Assembly (NCBI GenBank): GCA_050012255.1
Contig: JBEKHN010000002.1
Location: 64,001-128,000 of the forward strand
DNA from: Candidatus Bathyarchaeia archaeon
GTDB taxonomy: Archaea; Thermoproteota; Bathyarchaeia; Bathyarchaeales; Bathycorpusculaceae
Direction of reading: 5' to 3'
DNA: 64,000 nt
Shown here: positions 50,963 through 58,968 of the stretch, piece after piece
Position numbering within the stretch: the first letter of the stretch is position 1
Layout: each line of letters opens with the position of its first letter
Made by a program: the position numbers and the translations under genes
The notes under the pieces: model-generated
Told to the model about the DNA's origin: nothing
Databases searched by the model: none
What the model saw: the letters and a program-made list of their open reading frames with translations, nothing else

Positions 50963-52849
50963 TCACACAAGTTGCGACATTGCAAAGGCGCATCTGAGAG
51001 CATAGTTCAAGCTCACCAACAACGCGGACAATATTATTAGAGTGCCGATCGACGATGATTTATCCGGGTGAGAATACCTTCGAACTACGCTGCTTGCGGC
51101 GATAAGGCCGAATGATTCGAAAACCGGCAGAGGGATGTTGAACAAGATGCTGCTCTGTATCACTGAAGCGGAGCCTAAGACAAAGAAGATGGATGAGCAA
51201 ACCAGCCAAGACATAAGATACCGATTCAGAGGTCTATCACTGTGAACTGCGACAAACCCGCCCAAGACCGCTAACGATAAAGCCATCGGGTTCACAAAAA
51301 AGCCATACATTGCCTGGAAAAACGTGTAGAGCGTGTTCGTCCAAAAAGACGTTAATGAGCCAATTGAAACTGTGCTCTGGGCAACTTGTAAGGTTTCAAA
51401 ATTTCCGACCGACCATCCTAAGGCGATATTTCTCAGCGCACCTACTATGATGTTAACCAAGATTATCACGAGTAAACCTTGAATTTCAAACCGTGAATCG
51501 CCTCCGAATCTTGCTCTGAAAAGTGTGAGGAGCAAGTACACGAACAGTATGCCCAGAGTCATCCCCCAAGTCAACGAATGTGTGAAAAGCAGAGAAATCG
51601 ACAGCAGAAGTGCGGTCAGCATTCTCGGATGCGATTTTTTCCTGAGAGAGCCGAAAAAGAAGCCCATAAACAGGTACGATTCGATGATTGCCATCCAATT
51701 CGACAGAGAGCCTGCGTACATTCCAACTGAAACGTTGAAAGAAGAAACCGACAGGAAGGCTGCTAAAGAAGCGACGAGATCGGAACCCAGTGCTTCTCGA
51801 GTGAAAAAATATGCTGCCAGAACCAACAGCGGCGCCAAAACCACTGGAAAGAACTCAGCGACCGTCAAGGCTGAGAGACCGCTAACATATTTTGCAAGAT
51901 ACATGGTAAATAGGCTTAGCGGTCGGTCCGGATTTTGGAAAAAGGAGTTCTTGAGAGCATTGAGCAGTCCTTCGTTCCCAAGGTTCAGCAGCCAAGTTCT
52001 ATAAGCATGTACGTCAACCCCGATTGGATGCATGTCCCCGTTTAATTCTGGCAGGTATGGGTAAACAGTCACTAGAAAAGAGAGGACAAAAGAGCACACG
52101 AGCAGAAGATACACGAGACGCTTGAGGTTGCGAACATTGGTCGGCCGGTCAATGTTTGGAGTAACCGGATCAAAAGAAAATCGCTTTGAGAACTTGTAAT
52201 GAAAGAAGGGCTTGGCGACCCATGAGAACAGGAATAGCACGGCTAATAACGGGGCCAGAGAACCGGTTAAGAGGAACATTTTGGTTTCCAAGTCTACTAC
52301 ATATCTGTAGCTTCCACCTTGGCTTAATTGCGGAAAAACTGGAAAAATAAGCCAGCAGATCAGGGATAAGAGTTCTATGACGATTATGATCAGAATCAAA
52401 TAGAAAACGATCATAGAGAGCGCTCTTCTGCGACTTGTTGACACAAATGGTTTAGGGCTGGTCAACCACCATGTTAACGCAAAAAAGCTGCCCAATACTA
52501 CCAGCAAATCCACCACTTGCATGAACGTGAAATACCCGGCAAAAAGTGCAAGAAGCGAAAGAAGAGAAATCGACTTGCGGGGCAACCGAATTGTTACGTA
52601 GACAATTGCTATGAAGTTGAGCGCATAAACCATCACACGATCATAGGTGCCGTTTATGAATTCAAAGTAGAGTCCGATGTCGGGACCGACAGTTAAGCTG
52701 ATGAGAATGTTGGCCACATGCGCCGCCCCGAAAAAGAAAAACAAGGCGACTAAGAACAAGTAAAGATCGGGTTTCCACGCTTTGCACGAGGCTAAAAACC
52801 CTCTACTCTGCATTTCTAACCCTGCGCCCCATGCTGGATATGCATCCAC
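50963..52849 (-). CDS. polytopic membrane protein, possibly GT-C-fold
   Basis: 628 aa, many TM helices, loop motifs IGVDVHAY and DRPLS. Confidence 0.65.
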   Translation of the reverse strand: MDAYPAWGAGLEMQSRGFLASCKAWKPDLYLFLVALFFFFGAAHVANILISLTVGPDIGLYFEFINGTYDRVMVYALNFIAIVYVTIRLPRKSISLLSLLALFAGYFTFMQVVDLLVVLGSFFALTWWLTSPKPFVSTSRRRALSMIVFYLILIIIVIELLSLICWLIFPVFPQLSQGGSYRYVVDLETKMFLLTGSLAPLLAVLFLFSWVAKPFFHYKFSKRFSFDPVTPNIDRPTNVRNLKRLVYLLLVCSFVLSFLVTVYPYLPELNGDMHPIGVDVHAYRTWLLNLGNEGLLNALKNSFFQNPDRPLSLFTMYLAKYVSGLSALTVAEFFPVVLAPLLVLAAYFFTREALGSDLVASLAAFLSVSSFNVSVGMYAGSLSNWMAIIESYLFMGFFFGSLRKKSHPRMLTALLLSISLLFTHSLTWGMTLGILFVYLLLTLFRARFGGDSRFEIQGLLVIILVNIIVGALRNIALGWSVGNFETLQVAQSTVSIGSLTSFWTNTLYTFFQAMYGFFVNPMALSLAVLGGFVAVHSDRPLNRYLMSWLVCSSIFFVLGSASVIQSSILFNIPLPVFESFGLIAASSVVRRYSHPDKSSSIGTLIILSALLVSLNYALRCAFAMSQLV

Positions 52850-53019
52850 CGCGCTACGTTAAGAGGCTTTCTAACATTTGAAAAGAGCATGGTGGCAAGA
52901 ACTAAAAGCCCTCTCTTTCCTTTCGGCTGAATTTTTGCAATCAACAGAAGACTTGATCGAACCAGAAATGGCAATACTTAAATACAATAAAGGTTGATAA
53001 CAGCACCCTGTGAGGAATC

Positions 53020-53256
53020 ATGCGAAGAAAACTGATACTCCTTGCAGTTGCGGCTGCTTTGTTTATGCTCTCAATCATAGCAAGCGTGCACGCCGCGGGA
53101 AGACAAGAGGATCATGAAATCGTAGTTTCTCCGACGGTTGGGGGAGAAGTCAGTCCAGCGAGCAGCGTAATGACGCTTACACTGGCGGCAGTCTTGGGCA
53201 TCGCTAGTGTCACATTTATGGTTGTGACTGCACTGATCCGCATTAAGAAAACTTAG
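53020..53256 (+). CDS. small exported/anchored protein (signal peptide + VGG motif + TM + basic tail)
   Basis: MRRK-hydrophobic-VHA, PTVGGEV, C-terminal TM and RIKKT. Confidence 0.6.
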   Translation: MRRKLILLAVAAALFMLSIIASVHAAGRQEDHEIVVSPTVGGEVSPASSVMTLTLAAVLGIASVTFMVVTALIRIKKT

Positions 53257-53631
53257 TCATCACACTCTAGTCTCAAGCGTTGCAAGATAGGCGCGCGCGA
53301 GTCCTCAACGGGCTCTGACTACGTAATTCTTTGCCAAACTCAACTCGCATGTCAGCTCAAGATGTAAATCGGGTAAATCCCATGGTCGTCTTGAGGCGCC
53401 TTGTGTTGGTAAAGTAACTCGCGCTGTGAACTCCATGTTGGAAACGGTGCTCCAGCTAACAAAAAACCACATGAGTATCCATTAAAGACAGCGTCAACGG
53501 TACTTGCTGCAGAAAAACCCTATTGGGTAGGCGTGTTAGACTGGTGAAAACGCGGAACAGGGAACTAACGTGCAGCCTGACTGTGCGCAGCTATATATGT
53601 CAGAGTCTAAGAATCCTAGTGAGGTTCAACT

Positions 53632-54402
53632 TTGCCCCTTCCACTGGTTGAGCGATCTAAAGAAGAGATAGCTAAAGCTATTCGAAAGAAAGTTGAAGCC
53701 ATAAACCGGGTCAGAGGGATTCGCCACCTCGATGTTCGAATAAGTGGGAAAAGACTTGACGTGGATATTCACGCGTTCTTGGACAATGCCCTCACAAGCG
53801 AGGACATGCACGGGGTTGCTCTTGACATTGAGAGAGTCGTGAGAAACGAGTATCCCAATGCGCGGGTTTCAGTCGACACGGAACCTCTTGGACCAGGCCA
53901 AAATGGTGTCTGGAAGGCCGTGAAGGATGCAGCGGAAGAAACAGCGGGTTCAAGGGGGGTTCACAACATTCACATTCAAAGAATTGACGGAAAACTGTAC
54001 GTCGATCTTCATCTGGAGGTAAGCGCGAACATGACGGTGAAAGAAGCGCACGATGTTGCTGAACAGGTCGAGGGCAAGATAAGGATAACTAAGCCAGAAA
54101 TATCAGAAGTAACTGTTCACATCGAATCAGCATCAGACCGCATCTCAAGAGAGTTGGCAGGGGTCGAAACCGAGCTGGAATCATCCATTAAGCATGTCGC
54201 GAAGCAATTTCCCGAAATCCAGAGTGTCTCAGGAATCAGGATTCGCAAAGCTGGCGAGGGCATACACTTGACTCTTCACTGTCGTTTCGAGCCTGAACTT
54301 GGCATAAAAAAAGCGCATGAAATCTCCAGCAAGCTTGAGAAAGCACTCAGAACTGCTTACCCAAAGATAACTAGAATAGATGTCCATGAAGAGCCGGCTT
54401 AG
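53632..54402 (+). CDS. soluble protein of three cation-efflux dimerisation (ZT_dimer) domains
   Basis: three repeats of the H..R..G..VD.H..H..A..IE..VH.EP pattern; no TM. Confidence 0.8.
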   Translation: MPLPLVERSKEEIAKAIRKKVEAINRVRGIRHLDVRISGKRLDVDIHAFLDNALTSEDMHGVALDIERVVRNEYPNARVSVDTEPLGPGQNGVWKAVKDAAEETAGSRGVHNIHIQRIDGKLYVDLHLEVSANMTVKEAHDVAEQVEGKIRITKPEISEVTVHIESASDRISRELAGVETELESSIKHVAKQFPEIQSVSGIRIRKAGEGIHLTLHCRFEPELGIKKAHEISSKLEKALRTAYPKITRIDVHEEPA

Positions 54403-54484
54403 ATCACACCGATTTTTCTTCAATGCTCCGCATCGTTGCGGGTTGCGGATACTGTTAACTTAAAGGACATGAGTTCATAAGTGC

Positions 54485-57025
54485 TTAGCTTAGAAATTTC
54501 TGCATGGAACTTTGATCCTGAAGTTTGAAGTCACTCAGTCGAACTAGTCTATTACTTAATGCTTGAACAGTTTGTTTAGAAGGTTTCTCGTTCAGAAAAT
54601 CGCTTAGTTCATCATACGTTATCATGTACCAATTGTATTTTTCTATCTCTTCTTTGAGGATGGGTTCATGTATTCTAGCTCTCAAAAAGCGTTTTCGCTC
54701 ATCAGGTATAACAATCACACGCAACAAATTTTGACTAAGGATATTGCTACCTCTGATTATTGCTTCTGATATTCCCGTTGTGTTTTCGACCTCGAATATG
54801 GCATTTGCATTGTTCTTTGAATAGTAAATCACATCAATTTTCTTAAGTCGATTCTGATTGACTGCTTGAAAGGGAAAAGAAGCTTGTCTGTAGCCATCAA
54901 TATCCGCATGTACTTCATACCCTAGATGTTTGCCAAGTTCTGCAAGATTCTTTACTATTACATCGTGTTCTTTGACTCTCATTTTATACTTTGGCTTGAG
55001 CATCCATTTCTTATCAGGCGTTTTAGTCGCATATTCTTCTAAAACCTCTCTAACACTCTGCGTATTTGGTGTAAGTGCGTTTGGAAATCTGATGAAGATT
55101 TCTTGGAGTACATCATCAAAAGTGACTTTAACTTTGTCATTTAGGATGTTTATAACAAGCTTTTCTACTCGTTCACGAAGGGGAGTGCTTTCCAAGTACG
55201 GTATTGTGCTAGGGTCTTTAAACCACCATCCGACACCTACTGGCTTTCCTTTCTTGTCGGGAATTGGTTTAAGCACAAAATCGATGTTAAGTCTATTCTT
55301 GAGGACTTCCTCTATGCCTTTCGACCCTCTTTTGTCCACAAAAAAGACACCTTGTTTATCCAATTCAGGTATTATACCATTGAGAATAAACGTGAATGGT
55401 GTAGGTTCTCCACGCTCAGCTATTATTTTCTTGGTTGTTTCGATGACTACTCGAAAGTATTTCTCTTTGCTAGTTTGTTCCTCAGTTACTTCTTTCTTGC
55501 GTTCGGGCTTCCTAAATCGAATGTAGTAGTCCCCGACTGCGCTTCCATATGGCTGCAATGATGCCTTTGCTGACCTCACTGCGGGAGGTTGATATATGAT
55601 CTTCTCCAACTCGAAACCAGCCATTTTGATAGCTGAGATGATTGAGTTCCATACATCAATATCCGTGCTGTGAAATGTAACCGTCAAGAAGTGATTGGGT
55701 TTCAAGACTTTGTAGATTTGACCGAAAGACGTTGAGAGCATTCTGTGGTAGTATTCAAAGTCCTTGTTCTGACCCCGATTGATTGTTACTTCTTCTTTCC
55801 ACCATTGGTCTACTATATCGCTGTACTGTTTTCCTAATATCCAAGCGACACGGATTAAATCGAGTTCGAAATACTGAATTGCTCCGCCATATGGAGGGTC
55901 AGTGAAAACATAATCAACCGAGTTCGGTGGAACCCTCTGAGTCAACTCAATCGAATTTACGCGCTCAATGTAGTAGTGATCTTGGTTATTCAGCAATTGC
56001 TCGAATGATTTAGCGCAAATCAGGTTTGAAGGTATACGCTCGTTTCTATTCTCAACTCCCCTCTTCATTGAGTGAAATCGGTTTTCAAATCTTGACCAGA
56101 CATCGAATTCACAGTGAACTGGGAGAATTAGATATTCAGGGACCGTCCAAGCAGGTCCTCCTGTAACGAAACCTCCCCTCCAAGGCACGAGACGACTTGC
56201 TTGCGGAACCATTGACGAGAACACATATAGCATTGCTTGTTTGGAGATTTTGTCCTCAATCCTAGAAATCTCATCATAAAGAAGTGCCAAGGCGTAGAGA
56301 TTTCGGGCAGTGTAAAGTTCCTCAATGTCTCCTGCTCTCCTTTTTGTTCCGAAAGGTCTATCACCATTGTAGAAGAAACGAATTTTTGGATACCACACTG
56401 TGTCGAGTTGTACTCTAACGGGCTTCAACTTGGGATTGCTTACTTTGGAGGTTCGTTGACAGTGAAGACATGAGACTTGGAGAAAAATCGGTTCCTCTCC
56501 TACAATCGGGACGTTCGCATAACTGAAATCTTGTTTACAGTGCGGGCATTTGTATATGTTCTGCTGTTTGCCCTTTGGTCTCCTTGCCTCAGCCATGAGT
56601 ATGCGCTCTCTGCAAGTAGGGCAGTTGACTACGTAGGACCATACGACATAACGTGTTATGCCTTGCTTGTGGCATATTGGGCATTCAAAGTTGTAGAGTT
56701 TCTCAATCGTCTCTCTAACATCTGCTTTTATTGCCTCGAACGCGTGGTCAAGTGCCGTAGTGTCCGTTGTCTGGATGGTGGCTTTCATAGTTAAGATTGA
56801 GAGTGGGTCTAGGTCAAAGCCAACTGCTCGACGACCAAGACGCACAGCTTCAAAAAGGGTTACTCCACTTCCTGCGAAACCGTCGAGAACGATTTCTCCC
56901 TCTTTTGAGTAGTGTTCGATATAATCCGCGACAACATTATGCGGCTTTCTAGCCCAATACTTGTGGGTCAGGTACATGGGAGGATGAGTCCTAGGAACCA
57001 ACGCGTGATTGATGTGAGTGACCAA
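54485..57025 (-). CDS. amino-methyltransferase (probably N6-adenine) with Zn ribbons and a C-terminal nuclease-like domain
   Basis: HKYWARKP, motif I DGFAGSG, four CxxC, motif IV TDPPY, C-terminal IDVIYY..AIFEVE. Confidence 0.85.
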   Translation of the reverse strand: MVTHINHALVPRTHPPMYLTHKYWARKPHNVVADYIEHYSKEGEIVLDGFAGSGVTLFEAVRLGRRAVGFDLDPLSILTMKATIQTTDTTALDHAFEAIKADVRETIEKLYNFECPICHKQGITRYVVWSYVVNCPTCRERILMAEARRPKGKQQNIYKCPHCKQDFSYANVPIVGEEPIFLQVSCLHCQRTSKVSNPKLKPVRVQLDTVWYPKIRFFYNGDRPFGTKRRAGDIEELYTARNLYALALLYDEISRIEDKISKQAMLYVFSSMVPQASRLVPWRGGFVTGGPAWTVPEYLILPVHCEFDVWSRFENRFHSMKRGVENRNERIPSNLICAKSFEQLLNNQDHYYIERVNSIELTQRVPPNSVDYVFTDPPYGGAIQYFELDLIRVAWILGKQYSDIVDQWWKEEVTINRGQNKDFEYYHRMLSTSFGQIYKVLKPNHFLTVTFHSTDIDVWNSIISAIKMAGFELEKIIYQPPAVRSAKASLQPYGSAVGDYYIRFRKPERKKEVTEEQTSKEKYFRVVIETTKKIIAERGEPTPFTFILNGIIPELDKQGVFFVDKRGSKGIEEVLKNRLNIDFVLKPIPDKKGKPVGVGWWFKDPSTIPYLESTPLRERVEKLVINILNDKVKVTFDDVLQEIFIRFPNALTPNTQSVREVLEEYATKTPDKKWMLKPKYKMRVKEHDVIVKNLAELGKHLGYEVHADIDGYRQASFPFQAVNQNRLKKIDVIYYSKNNANAIFEVENTTGISEAIIRGSNILSQNLLRVIVIPDERKRFLRARIHEPILKEEIEKYNWYMITYDELSDFLNEKPSKQTVQALSNRLVRLSDFKLQDQSSMQKFLS

Positions 57026-57109
57026 ACTTTCCCCCTTGCTGATAATTGTATTGACAGCATAAACCTTTTATACTTGATATATCGTATCTGATATATAGGC
57101 GATACCTAT

Positions 57110-57994
57110 ATGATATGCAAATACTGTCAGTCTGAAAATGTCGTGAAGCATGGCAAGGCAAACGGCAAGCAGAGGTTTCTCTGTAAGAACTGTTGCCACA
57201 AGTTCTTCGAAGGTTCAGACTTTCCGAGAATGAGAAATAAATCACACATTATCTCTTCAAGTATTGACATGTACTTTGAAGGCTTGAGCGTCAGGAAAAT
57301 CCGAACTCAAGTTGAAAAATTATTTGGTGTGTCCGTTAGCCAAGTCGCAATTTGGAAATGGATAACTAAGTATTCGAGATTTGTCACTCGCTACGTTGAA
57401 ACGCTGAACCCTCAGCTTCAAGGTATCTATCATGTCGATGAAACCGCAATCAAATGCTCTGGGGTTCAAAAATGGTTTTGGGAAATCATAGACGAACAAA
57501 CAAAGTTTCTTGTAGCTGGTCATCTTTCAGCCTCTAGAACCACCGAGGACGCCGTGCAGTTATTTGAGAAGAGCATCAAGGTAGCTAAGAGGAAGCCAAT
57601 TTCGATTTACTGTGACGGATTGCCAGCTTACGTTGATGGCTACAACAAGGTTTTCTACACGATGAAGAAAGAAGGCAGACCCGAACTAATCAGAAGAGTA
57701 GGCATAAGAAACATACACAACCAAAACGCAGTAGAACGATTACACGGCACTCTCAAGGACAGAATCAAACCCGCTAGAGGGTTGAAAGGTGAAGAGACAG
57801 TTAGAACTCTTTTGGAAGGTTGGATTATCCATTATAATTACGTCCGCAAACATCAGACTTTGAAAATGACTCCAGCACAAGCTTGTGGCCTAAACATAAA
57901 GAACGATTGGCACTTGCTAGTGAAAGAAGCAACAAAGTATGATGCAACACACAAGGAATCAAATAGAAAACCAATAGAGGTAATGGCTACATGA
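57110..57994 (+). CDS. IS6-family DDE transposase with N-terminal Zn ribbon
   Basis: CKYC..VVKHG..QRFLCKNC; HTH GLSVRKI; DDE residues in VDET, CDG and N.VERLHGTLK. Confidence 0.92.
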   Translation: MICKYCQSENVVKHGKANGKQRFLCKNCCHKFFEGSDFPRMRNKSHIISSSIDMYFEGLSVRKIRTQVEKLFGVSVSQVAIWKWITKYSRFVTRYVETLNPQLQGIYHVDETAIKCSGVQKWFWEIIDEQTKFLVAGHLSASRTTEDAVQLFEKSIKVAKRKPISIYCDGLPAYVDGYNKVFYTMKKEGRPELIRRVGIRNIHNQNAVERLHGTLKDRIKPARGLKGEETVRTLLEGWIIHYNYVRKHQTLKMTPAQACGLNIKNDWHLLVKEATKYDATHKESNRKPIEVMAT

Positions 57995-58194
57995 AGAGAA
58001 TCTTGGTCAGTTTTCCAGAAGGAGTATTTGATATGGTTCATGGCTTGAAGGGCGAACTAGGCGAGAGCGATAGCGAAGTTGTACGAAACATAGTCGTAGC
58101 TTACCTTTCTGAACAAGGATTTTTTAGCAAAATCAGCATAAGAGGTGAAGGTAGCCAGTACAGGAGGAAAACAAATGAAGAAAAACAAAAGTGA
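57991..58194 (+). CDS. CopG/ribbon-helix-helix protein
   Basis: MKRILVSFP..GESDSEVVRNIVVAYLSE; ATGA overlap with the transposase stop. Confidence 0.75.
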   Translation: MKRILVSFPEGVFDMVHGLKGELGESDSEVVRNIVVAYLSEQGFFSKISIRGEGSQYRRKTNEEKQK

Positions 58195-58360
58195 AATCAG
58201 AGAGGCAGAAGATGAGATTGACTTACTAGACGACATGTTAACTTCATTGGTAGAACTGTTAGAAGAGAAAGGCATCCTAACTCAAGCGGAATGGGAAAGG
58301 AAAATCAAGGAAAGAATCAAGGGAAAACCCTCAACAAGCATCAGGGACCTCAAGGAATGA
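58175..58360 (+). CDS. small helical protein (61 aa)
   Basis: AGGAGG RBS before ATG at 58175; LTSLVELLEEKGILTQAEWE. Confidence 0.7.
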   Translation: MKKNKSEIREAEDEIDLLDDMLTSLVELLEEKGILTQAEWERKIKERIKGKPSTSIRDLKE

Positions 58361-58966
58361 TTCGTTCTGTTTTTCTTCTATCGGACAATTTGTGGAACAC
58401 AGACCGCCACAGGTCACTATTTCCTGCAAGACATCTCGTGTAAGCTTACAATCGTTTCTCGCGCAAACATGCTGGGCCAGACGATATTTTCTTACAGGTA
58501 TCATATGTCGGTCATCTGTTCCAAAAAAACGAGACAGACATTTTTTCTTCAAAGTTGCTACCGAGTAGAATCTTGGTTTGGTCGTAAATTTCTTAGCTTT
58601 TTTCAAGATAGTGACCGTCTGTTCTTCAACTTTGATTAATCCTACTTTACTAATCTCGAATTTTGGAGCATGCTTATCCGTTGCAACATATGCATAATCA
58701 ATGTAATCCATTATTCGATCTATTTGTTGTTCTGCTCTTGCAAGATTATCTCTTGATGATTTGACCTCAACATAGGTAAGTAATTGGTTCTTCAACAACA
58801 TCAAGTCAACATCAGACAAAACGCTTCCCCATGCAATGTTTAAGCTAGAGTGAGGGATCACTTCATAACCCCTCACTGAGAAGTATTCGGTCAGCGTCTT
58901 GATAATTTTTTCTTCATACTTACCCAGACGCTTGGTTGATTTGTGTATATTGCGAGCCAAGATCAT
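58331..58966 (-). CDS. PD-(D/E)xK nuclease-fold protein with Cys-rich C-terminus (Sce7726/MmcB-like)
   Basis: E..SDVDL..YVEVKSSRDNLARA..Q..Y.DY.YV; C-terminal C..C..CGGLC..NCP. Confidence 0.75.
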   Translation of the reverse strand: MILARNIHKSTKRLGKYEEKIIKTLTEYFSVRGYEVIPHSSLNIAWGSVLSDVDLMLLKNQLLTYVEVKSSRDNLARAEQQIDRIMDYIDYAYVATDKHAPKFEISKVGLIKVEEQTVTILKKAKKFTTKPRFYSVATLKKKCLSRFFGTDDRHMIPVRKYRLAQHVCARNDCKLTRDVLQEIVTCGGLCSTNCPIEEKQNESFLEVPDAC

Positions 58967-58968
58967 GA

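Noticed and set aside
53300-53600. 300-bp intergenic stretch as a riboswitch or small gene
   Set aside because: No recognisable aptamer consensus and no convincing ORF.
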